Made by a program: the position numbers and the translations under genes. A model generated the notes under the pieces. It was not told the origin of the DNA. It saw only the letters and a list, made by a program, of their open reading frames with translations, and did not search any database. Of a DNA stretch of 64,000 bases, positions 27,250-35,129 are shown piece by piece (position 1 is the stretch's first letter; every line of letters starts with the position of its first letter). The stretch is from an uncultured Acidobacteriota bacterium (GTDB lineage: Bacteria; Acidobacteriota; Terriglobia; Terriglobales; Acidobacteriaceae): assembly GCA_963819455.1 (NCBI GenBank), contig CAWFWF010000004.1:273839-337838 (forward strand). The letters run 5' to 3'.

Positions 27250-28998
27250 TTGTCTGCTTCCACTAGTCATCTGATTGCTCCGCACGGCGGCGAACTCGTC
27301 AACCTGATGGTGACGCCTGAAAAAGCCGCAGAACTGAAAGCCCACTCCCGTGAGTGGCCATCCTGGGACCTTACGGCCCGCCAAGTTTGCGATCTTGAAT
27401 TACTGATGAATGGAGGCTTCTCGCCTCTGCGCGGCTTTATGACCAAAGCCGACTACGAAGGTGTCTGCAAGGATATGCATCTGGCCAGCGGTGTTCTCTG
27501 GCCGATGCCGATCACGCTCGACGTCACCGAAGAGTTCGCCAAGAAACTCACGCCCGGCACCAGCAAAATTGCCCTTCGCGATGGCGAGGGAGTGATGCTG
27601 GCTGTCCTGCACGTCGAAGAAGTCTGGCAAGCCGACAAAGCGGCGGAAGCGAAGGCCGTATTCAACACGACCAGCAAGGCACATCCTGGCGCCAACTACG
27701 CCATGAACATTGCCAATCCCTGGTACGTGGGCGGCCGCATCGAAGGCCTGCAAGCGCCTTCGCACTACGACTTCCGCACCTTGCGCTTGACTCCCGAAGA
27801 GTTGCGCGCTGAGTTTGCCCGTCTCGGATGGAAGCGTATCGTTGCCTTCCAGACCCGCAATCCTATGCACCGCGCCCACGTGGAACTCACCTTCCGCGCG
27901 GCCAAGCAGGTGGAAGCGAATCTGCTGATCCACCCCGTGGTTGGAATGACCAAGCCCGGCGACGTGGATTACTACACGCGCGTGCGCTGCTACCAGTTGC
28001 TTGGTTCGAAATATCCGCAAGGCACGCAGAAGCTTTCACTGCTCCCGCTGGCCATGCGCATGGGCGGTCCTCGCGAGGCCATCTGGCACGCGCTGATCCG
28101 CAAGAACTATGGCTGCACGCACCTCATTGTGGGACGCGATCACGCCGGCCCGGGCTCCGATCCGGAGACCAAGAAGCCGTTCTACGGTCCCTACGAAGCG
28201 CAGGAACAGTTCAAGAAGCACGAAGCCGAAATCGGCGTCACCATGGTGCCTTTCAGCATGATGGTGTACCTCGAAGCGGAAGATCGCTATGTTCCCGATG
28301 ACGAAGTGAAGAAGACCGACAAGGTCCTCAACATCTCGGGCACGGAACTGCGCGACCGGCTCAACGAAGGCCGCGACATTCCGGCGTGGTTCACCTATCC
28401 GGAAGTCGTGCAGGAGCTGCGCCGCAGCTTCCCGCCTCGTGCCAAGCAGGGCGTTACGATTTTCTTCACCGGCCTTTCCGGCTCCGGAAAATCGACGATC
28501 GCCAACGTTCTGCTGACCAAGTTCCTGGAAGTCGGCGGACGTCCGGTCACTCTGCTCGACGGCGACCTGGTGCGCAAGCATCTCTCGTCCGAACTCGGAT
28601 TCTCGAAAGAGCATCGCGACATCAACATCCGCCGCATCGGCTACGTTGCGTCGGAAATCACAAAGAACGGCGGAATTGCCATCTGCGCGCCGATCGCTCC
28701 GTATGACGCGACGCGCAAGCATGTCCGCCAGATGATCGAGCCTTACGGAGGCTTCATCCTCGTGCACATCGCAACCTCGGTTGACGTTTGCGAGCAGCGC
28801 GACCGCAAGGGGCTTTATGCCAAGGCTCGCGCCGGCATTCTTAAGGAATTCACTGGAATCTCCGATCCTTACGAGGTCCCAGCGGATGCCGACGTCACGA
28901 TCAACACTGGAGAGCTTTCCGCTGAAGAGGCCGCGCAGGCAATCATCCTGCACCTCGAAAGCGAGGGCTTCATCGGCGTGAACGGATCCGCGGTCTAA
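27250..28998 (+). CDS. sat: bifunctional sulfate adenylyltransferase / adenylylsulfate kinase
   Basis: ATP-sulfurylase motifs (QTRNPMHRAHVEL, GRDHAGPG) followed by an APS-kinase domain with the P-loop FFTGLSGSGKSTIA. TTG start. Confidence 0.9.
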   Translation: MSASTSHLIAPHGGELVNLMVTPEKAAELKAHSREWPSWDLTARQVCDLELLMNGGFSPLRGFMTKADYEGVCKDMHLASGVLWPMPITLDVTEEFAKKLTPGTSKIALRDGEGVMLAVLHVEEVWQADKAAEAKAVFNTTSKAHPGANYAMNIANPWYVGGRIEGLQAPSHYDFRTLRLTPEELRAEFARLGWKRIVAFQTRNPMHRAHVELTFRAAKQVEANLLIHPVVGMTKPGDVDYYTRVRCYQLLGSKYPQGTQKLSLLPLAMRMGGPREAIWHALIRKNYGCTHLIVGRDHAGPGSDPETKKPFYGPYEAQEQFKKHEAEIGVTMVPFSMMVYLEAEDRYVPDDEVKKTDKVLNISGTELRDRLNEGRDIPAWFTYPEVVQELRRSFPPRAKQGVTIFFTGLSGSGKSTIANVLLTKFLEVGGRPVTLLDGDLVRKHLSSELGFSKEHRDINIRRIGYVASEITKNGGIAICAPIAPYDATRKHVRQMIEPYGGFILVHIATSVDVCEQRDRKGLYAKARAGILKEFTGISDPYEVPADADVTINTGELSAEEAAQAIILHLESEGFIGVNGSAV

Positions 28999-29016
28999 GG
29001 CGAACACGGGGCCACC

Positions 29017-29789
29017 ATGTCAATGCTGGTAGCCAAAATCCTTGTTGGCTTTGTCGTAGGCATTCTCATTGGCCTGAGCGGCGTGGGGGGCGGCGTATTG
29101 CTGCTCCCCGTGCTGATTTTTGGACTCAAGGTGCCGGCCATTACTAGCGGTCGGCTCCGATGCACTTTTTAACTTCTTCACTAAGATTCCCGCCAGTCTT
29201 CTTCACCTCAAAAAGGGCACCGTAAAGGGCAAGGTCGTGATCGCCCTCGCCGTGGGAAGCGTTCCCGGATCGATCTGCGGCGTAAAGCTGCTGATGCACA
29301 TTCGCCACCTGTACGGCGACGGCGTCAACAACTTCATCAAGACCGCCATCGGCATCTTGCTGATCATCGTTCCGATGCTGCTTCTGTTCCAGAAGAAGAT
29401 CGAAGAATCGGTTGTCGCACCGGCCGCCAACCATGAAGAGCTTCGCCGGAATGTCGTTGATCGGCCTGGTCGCCGGCTTCCTGGTGGGCATGACTTCTGT
29501 CGGATCGGGCAGCATCATCATGATGCTGCTACTGCTCTTCTACAGCTTCCCGCCGAAAGTGAACGTGGGAACGGACATCCTCCATGCCGTCATTCTGACG
29601 GGCGTCACCGGGCTGATGCATTTCCGCCTGGGCAACGTGGATCCCGTCCTCGTCGTCACGCTGCTGATCGGCTCTGTGCCCGGCGGACTGATCGGTTCTC
29701 ATCTGGCAACGCGCGTACCTATGCTCTGGCTGCGGCGCCTGCTGTGCGCCCTGCTGCTTCTGACCGGCGCCCGCATGTTGTGGGCCTAA
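29017..29789 (+). pseudogene. TauE/SafE-family sulfite/anion exporter, two frameshifts
   Basis: MSMLVAKILVGFVVGILIGLSGVGGGVLLLPVLIFGLKVPAI (frame 1, stop at 29170). Then ..AVGSDALFNFFTKIPASLLHLKKG..LLFQKKIEES (frame 2). Then MKSFAGMSLIGLVAGFLVGMTSVGSGS..LLLTGARMLWA (frame 3, ends 29789). Confidence 0.8.
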
Positions 29790-29814
29790 ATTCATCCAAC
29801 TCATTCAGGACATC

Positions 29815-30623
29815 ATGATTCTTCTGCTTACTCCGACATTCTCAAGCGCATTGAATCTGCCACCGAAGCGGCCCGCGCAGTCTTTGCCCGCTTCACTCCC
29901 GGCGCAATCGAAACCGAATACAAGATCGGACACGATCCCGTAACCGAGGCTGACCGTGCCGTTGACGCCGTCCTCAAGCAGAATCTGCTGCGCGACGGCG
30001 AAGGCTGGCTTTCGGAAGAAAGCGTGGACGACGTGACGCGCCTCGACAAGAAGAATGTCTGGATCGTCGATCCTCTGGATGGCACTCGCGAGTTCGTCGC
30101 CGGCATCCCAGAGTTCTGCGTGTCCATTGGATACGTCGAGAACGGACGCCCCGTCGCTGGCGGCATTTGCAATCCCGCGACCAACGAAACCATCATCGGC
30201 GCAATCGACTGCGGCGTTCTGTACAACGGCAAGCCCGCCCAGCCGAGCCAGCGCAAGGATCTCAAGGGATCTTTGATTCTCGCCAGCCGCAGTGAAGTGA
30301 AGCGCGGCGAGTGGCAGCAGTTTCAGGGCGGCGATTACCAGATCCGTCCCATGGGCTCGGTCGCCTACAAGCTTGGTCTCGTCGCGGCAGGAAAAGCGGA
30401 CGTCACGTTCACGCTGACTCCGAAGAATGAATGGGACGTCGCCGCCGGCGTCGCTCTGGTGCAGAGTGCCGGAGGCTTCGTCGGAACCCTCGAAGGAACT
30501 CCCTTCGTCGGCAACCGCCGCGATCCGTTGCTCTCAGGATTGCTTTCAAGCGGTCCGTATTTGAAAGACCAACTGCTCGCCCAGGTTCAGCCCTTCATGA
30601 AAGTCGCCGAGCAATCGCGCTAA
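29815..30623 (+). CDS. cysQ: 3'(2'),5'-bisphosphate nucleotidase / inositol monophosphatase family (CysQ-like); start region frameshifted
   Basis: WIVDPLDGTREF and WDVAAG motifs. The family N-terminus (..SAYSDILKRIESATEAARAVF..DPVTEADRAV..WLSEES) is in frame upstream of the GTG at 30024, but has no canonical start. The only ATG (29815) is 1 nt out of frame (ATGAT). Confidence 0.8.
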
Positions 30624-30641
30624 ACGCAAGTTCAAAGGCAT

Positions 30642-30719
30642 CACCACAAAGGACACGAAGTTCCACGAAGAAAACCGGCAACTGAGGGTTTCCTTCGTGA
30701 AGCTTCGTGTCCTTTGTGA
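30642..30719. terminator. ~29-bp imperfect inverted repeat between convergent genes (candidate bidirectional terminator built from the CTTCGTG/CCTTTGTGG repeat)
   Basis: CACCACAAAGGACACGAAGTTCCACGAAG ...loop... CTTCGTGAAGCTTCGTGTCCTTTGTGAT. Confidence 0.5.
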
Positions 30720-30732
30720 TTTAAGGTTTGAG

Positions 30733-31797
30733 CTAGTCCGCAGCGACATCTTTCGCAGTGGCCGCATCCAGATTCTGCTGCTTGGCCACGCGATTCGATG
30801 GCAAGCCGGCGTCGCGGATCTTATACAGCAGCGCGCGATAGCTGATACTTAAAGCCCGTGCTGCCTGCTTGCGATTCCAGTGATGGTTCTGCAACACCTT
30901 CAGGATAATTTTACGCTCCAGTTCATGCACGGCCTGGCGCGTCACCTTCTTTAACGAGATCTGTCCATCGAGCGGAATTTCGGTGTTAAAGAAATCCGGG
31001 CTGCGCGGCGTCAAATCTGCCGAGATGACTTCTTCGTTGCCCAGGATGACGTAGCGCTTGATCAGATTTTCCAGCTCGCGGATGTTCCCCGGCCAGTGAT
31101 ATTTCTTAAGCACAGCCATCATCTCGTTCGACAAGGGCTTGGCGCGGCAGTTGTATTTCCGGTTGTGATGTTCGAGGAAATAACTCACAAGCTCCGGAAT
31201 GTCTCCCGCGCGCTCGCGCAGCGCCGGCATGTGCAGATTTACGACGTTAATGCGATAGAAAAGATCCGAGCGGAAAGTGCCGTTCTCGATTTCCTGCTCC
31301 AGCTTGCGGTTCGTGGCGCAGACCACGCGCACTTCCACTTTCTTGTCTTCTTGCGCGCCGATGCGGCAAAACTGCCCGTCCTGTAGCAACTGCAGAAGTT
31401 TCGACTGCAGCGACATATCCAACTCTGAAATTTCGTCGAGAAACAGCGTGCCGCGGTGCGCCATTTCGACGCGTCCCGGCTTCATGCCGAAGGCGCCGGT
31501 GAAGGCTCCTTTTTCGTAGCCGAAAAGCTCGCTCTCCAGCAACGTGCCCGGGATCGCCGGACAATTTACCTTGACCCATGGCCCGGTCCGCCATGGCGAT
31601 GCCATGTGGATCATGCGAGCGATGATGTCTTTTCCCGTTCCGCTCTCTCCCTGGATGAGTACCGGTACATTGGCTGCCGCCAACTTGGTCAGGCGCTCAC
31701 GTACAGCCTGCATGGCTTCGGTGCGACCAAAAACGATGGAGTCCGGGGGCATCTCTCCCAAAGGTTGAACAAACGAATTCACAGTTCCCGTTGTCAT
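30733..31797 (-). CDS. sigma-54-dependent activator lacking an N-terminal regulatory domain (PspF-like architecture)
   Basis: The AAA+ domain begins about 20 aa from the N-terminus (GESGTGKD, ESELFGYEKGAFTGA, LFLDEI). C-terminal Fis-type HTH (..NRKQAARALSISYRALLYKI). Confidence 0.9.
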   Translation of the reverse strand: MTTGTVNSFVQPLGEMPPDSIVFGRTEAMQAVRERLTKLAAANVPVLIQGESGTGKDIIARMIHMASPWRTGPWVKVNCPAIPGTLLESELFGYEKGAFTGAFGMKPGRVEMAHRGTLFLDEISELDMSLQSKLLQLLQDGQFCRIGAQEDKKVEVRVVCATNRKLEQEIENGTFRSDLFYRINVVNLHMPALRERAGDIPELVSYFLEHHNRKYNCRAKPLSNEMMAVLKKYHWPGNIRELENLIKRYVILGNEEVISADLTPRSPDFFNTEIPLDGQISLKKVTRQAVHELERKIILKVLQNHHWNRKQAARALSISYRALLYKIRDAGLPSNRVAKQQNLDAATAKDVAAD

Positions 31798-31996
31798 GAT
31801 GGTTTTTTATTGCCGGGGGGAGATGTTGTAATCCGTGCATCCGGAGAGCCAAACACTTGCACATGGTGCCGGATACTTGAATCTAGCCTATGTCGTTGAC
31901 GGCTATCAACTTACGAAAGGATTGCCAGCCGCCACGCTAGTAACCGAGATTTGCACCCAAAAGTAACACCTTAGTGTCACTCGTGCGCAAACATTT

Positions 31997-32380
31997 TCAC
32001 ACGAAGGAAGCAACTTTCTTTCGTCGTAGACGGCTGGTGCTCGCCGCCAGAAGGGGTCGGACGAACTTTAGCCCCAAAAGATAGTAGCCCTGCTCTGGCA
32101 TTGACCGGACAATCTTGGCACGAAGCGTGCGAGTCGCTTTAGGGAGGGGTGCCAAGGCCTCTACGGGCGCGCTAGGGATCTCTAATTGAAGGTAGGTAGC
32201 CATGGGGGCTACCCGACGGATCGCGACAAGCATGCCGCCTGCGCCGACGTTTAACGCGGTTGCGAACTCAAGGCTTTCTTTTCCATCACTATCGAGGCTC
32301 CGGACGAAGACCGGGATCGCCAGTGGAAGCCTGGTCCACCTCCGCCGCTCGATTTGCCGAGTTACCCGGTTCACAGCCAC
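31997..32380 (-). CDS. PilZ-domain protein
   Basis: RRRWTR (RxxxR) followed by NVGAGGM (D/NxSxxG-like), 127 aa. Confidence 0.65.
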   Translation of the reverse strand: MAVNRVTRQIERRRWTRLPLAIPVFVRSLDSDGKESLEFATALNVGAGGMLVAIRRVAPMATYLQLEIPSAPVEALAPLPKATRTLRAKIVRSMPEQGYYLLGLKFVRPLLAASTSRLRRKKVASFV

Positions 32381-32740
32381 TGGTCAAAACTCCTTAGCAG
32401 ACCCTCAAAACAGCACCTCAGTGGCCAAAGATCCCGAGCAAAAGGCACAAAGCTGGTCCCAAAGGGGAACCCGCCGTCTGATTTCCCCACAAAGTCGGTC
32501 TTAGCCCCTAAAACTCCATCTCTTATTTTCTCTATCTATTCGCCCCAATAGATGCACATTTCAACAGCCTCCGTCTCCGGGAAGTGCAAGCTTTTGCTAC
32601 ACTTGGGTAATCTAAGTCTATTTTTCGTTGACTTTGAAATACCTGTGGCATACGATTTTTTAAGACACTTGTGCGGTAAATAACGAGTGCGTTGTAATCC
32701 CCCTCCTCTCCCGGAATAAGCCTGTGGATTTTCGAATAAT

Positions 32741-33661
32741 ATGGCTTCGACCCACAAGAATACGTGTGTCTCGGATAGAGAAAGAGCCCCGGAACTTGCA
32801 CCGGCCCTTGCTCCGCGCACCGACGCGGATGTTCCCAGCCCGGAGAACCTGCTTCAGGAATACAAAGACCTTCGCGAGCGATTCCAGCGCACCACGAATG
32901 CGCTGGCTTCCGCAGCTCATGATCTCAAAACGCCGCTTTCCATCCTGAATGGATACGTCGAGCTTCTGTACAGCGAAAAACTAGGCCCGGTCAGTGACCG
33001 CCAACGCGAAGTCCTGGTAGACATGCGCGACAGCGGAAAACGCCTGCAACAATTCATTCAGCACTTCCTCACATTTAGCGCGCTCGAAACCGGTGGCCTG
33101 CGCATGCAGTTCGACAGTGCCAACCTGAACGACTGTCTTTCCGGAGTGTGCCGTCTGTGGTCGAACCGCTTTCAGGAAAAAGGAATCGCGCTGTACTTTC
33201 TCGCGAATGAGAAGCTGCCGATTTTCCCGCTGGACGTTCCCAAGCTGGAGCGCGTGATTTCAAACCTGCTGGAGAATGCTTTCAAGTTCACACCGCAGGG
33301 TGGAACCGTGTGGCTGCACGCCGAGCCTTACATGTGGGAGCGCCGCGCCGCTTCCGTGCCCTCGACCGCCGAGCGCCGTCGCCAGAATCTGCAGCATCCG
33401 AACTCGGTCAAGATCAGCGTCTCCGATACCGGCCCGGGGATTCCCGCCGAGTTTCATTTGGAAGTCTTTGACGATTTTTTCCGTCTTCCCGGCTCCGAGG
33501 CAAAAGACGGTATGGGCCTGGGACTTGCCATCGCACGCCGCCTGGTGCAAGGCATGGGCGGCAAGTTGTGGGTGGAAAGTGATTCCACAACAGGTTCGAA
33601 ATTTTCTTTCCTCGTTCCGTATAAGCCTGTGAGCGCTTCCAGCAAGGAGAAAAAGCGATGA
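32741..33661 (+). CDS. cytoplasmic sensor histidine kinase (HisKA + HATPase_c, no TM segment)
   Basis: H-box SAAHDLKTPLSIL, N-box LLENAFKFT and G-boxes DTGPGI / GMGLGLAI. Its stop overlaps the response-regulator ATG (ATGA). Confidence 0.9.
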   Translation: MASTHKNTCVSDRERAPELAPALAPRTDADVPSPENLLQEYKDLRERFQRTTNALASAAHDLKTPLSILNGYVELLYSEKLGPVSDRQREVLVDMRDSGKRLQQFIQHFLTFSALETGGLRMQFDSANLNDCLSGVCRLWSNRFQEKGIALYFLANEKLPIFPLDVPKLERVISNLLENAFKFTPQGGTVWLHAEPYMWERRAASVPSTAERRRQNLQHPNSVKISVSDTGPGIPAEFHLEVFDDFFRLPGSEAKDGMGLGLAIARRLVQGMGGKLWVESDSTTGSKFSFLVPYKPVSASSKEKKR

Positions 33662-35061
33662 AGAACACGACCAAGATCCTGCTGGTCGACGACGAACCGG
33701 GGATGCTCCGCTATATCAAGACCCTGCTTGAAGTGGACGACTACAAAGTCGAGACTGCGACCACCGGCGAGGAAGCTCTCGAAAAGGTTGAGAAGGGCCT
33801 CACTCCGGATCTCGTATTACTCGACGTCCTCATGCCGGGTATCGATGGTTTGGAGACGCTCGGAAAACTGCGCCAGAAGCAATCCGGTATGAAAGTCGTG
33901 ATGCTCTCGTGCGTCAACGACACACGCAAAGTTGTGCTAGCGATGAAACTGGGCGCCCAGGATTACCTGACGAAGCCTTTCGAGAAAGCGCAACTCGACG
34001 CCGTCATCGACCTGTGCCTCGGTCGCGGCAAGCAAACTTTCAGCGGAGAAGTCGAAGAGCTGGCGGATGACGTCTTCTTCATCGCCGCAAGTCCGGCCAT
34101 GCGGAAGATTCGTTCACAGGCGGCGCTAGTGGCGAATGTCGACATCCCGGTATTGCTCTTGGGCGAGAGCGGTACGGGTAAAGAAGTTCTGGGCAGGCTC
34201 ATTCACAAGTTGTCGCCGCGCGCCCATCGCACGTTCCTGAAAGTCAACTGCGCGGCCGTTCCCGGCGATCTTCTCGAAAGCGAATTGTTCGGATACGAGC
34301 CCGGAGCCTTCACGGGCGCGACTCACGCGAAGCCGGGCAAGTTTGAACTCTGCAATAAGGGGACGATCCTGCTCGACGAGATCGGCGAGATGCCCCCACT
34401 CCTCCAGGCAAAGTTGCTGCACGTTTTGCAGGATCAGCAATTCTCGCGCTTGGGAAGCCGCTCCGTGATCAAAGTCGACGTTCGGATTCTCGCGGCCACC
34501 AACATCAACATCCCGGAAGCTCTGGCTGCCAAGCGACTGCGCGAAGATCTATATTACCGGCTTAACGCATTCACGCTGAGCTTGCCTCCGTTGCGCGACC
34601 GCAAGGAAGAAATTCCGATCCTTCTGAAGCACTCCATGACTCGTATGGCAGAGCGTTACGCGCGATCGCCGCTGCCGCTTTCTCCGAGCCTGTTGCAGGC
34701 TTGCCAGAATCACAACTGGCCCGGCAATCTGCGCGAGCTGAATAACTTTTTGAAACGTTATCTAATCTTGGGAGACGAGAGCCTGGCGATCAGCGAGCTT
34801 CTTCCGCGAAACGATGGCAATGGCGGCCTTCATGCCGACTCGTCCAGGAGCAGCGATGGGGGCGGATTGAAATCCCTGGCGCGTTCGGCCAAGGACGAAG
34901 CCGAAGCAGTCGCCATCACGCAGGCGCTCGAGCAGACCAACTGGAACCGCAAGCAGGCCGCAGCCATGCTTCAGATCAGTTACAAGGCCTTGCTCTACAA
35001 AATCCGCCAGTATGGAATCGCCGAAGCCAAGAGCCATCACAAGCTCTCTGCTGGAGCTTAG
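33658..35061 (+). CDS. NtrC-family sigma-54-dependent response regulator (REC + AAA+ + Fis HTH)
   Basis: Receiver domain (LLVDDEP..LLDVLMPG..KP), AAA+ domain (GESGTGKE, GAFTGA) and C-terminal HTH (NRKQAAAMLQISYKALLYKI). Confidence 0.9.
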   Translation: MKNTTKILLVDDEPGMLRYIKTLLEVDDYKVETATTGEEALEKVEKGLTPDLVLLDVLMPGIDGLETLGKLRQKQSGMKVVMLSCVNDTRKVVLAMKLGAQDYLTKPFEKAQLDAVIDLCLGRGKQTFSGEVEELADDVFFIAASPAMRKIRSQAALVANVDIPVLLLGESGTGKEVLGRLIHKLSPRAHRTFLKVNCAAVPGDLLESELFGYEPGAFTGATHAKPGKFELCNKGTILLDEIGEMPPLLQAKLLHVLQDQQFSRLGSRSVIKVDVRILAATNINIPEALAAKRLREDLYYRLNAFTLSLPPLRDRKEEIPILLKHSMTRMAERYARSPLPLSPSLLQACQNHNWPGNLRELNNFLKRYLILGDESLAISELLPRNDGNGGLHADSSRSSDGGGLKSLARSAKDEAEAVAITQALEQTNWNRKQAAAMLQISYKALLYKIRQYGIAEAKSHHKLSAGA

Positions 35062-35087
35062 TCGCGCTCAACATTGAAAATGAAAAA

Positions 35088-35116
35088 CCCCGGCTTTGCG
35101 GCCGGGGTCTTTATTT
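35088..35116. terminator. rho-independent-type hairpin between convergent genes
   Basis: AAAAA-CCCCGGC-tttgcg-GCCGGGG-TCTTTATTT. A-tract and T-tract flanks allow function in both directions. Confidence 0.65.
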
Positions 35117-35129
35117 GAGCGACGTGCTT

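Noticed and set aside
31850-31900. GGCACC-ATGT-GCAAG upstream of the PspF-like activator (minus strand).
   Set aside because: The GG to GC spacing is 2 nt too short for a -24/-12 promoter.
32116-32131. Sigma-54-like site TGGCAC-GAAGC-GTGCG on the plus strand.
   Set aside because: It lies inside and antisense to the PilZ coding sequence, 600 nt from the next plus-strand gene, and the -12 element is GTGC rather than TTGC. Probably chance.
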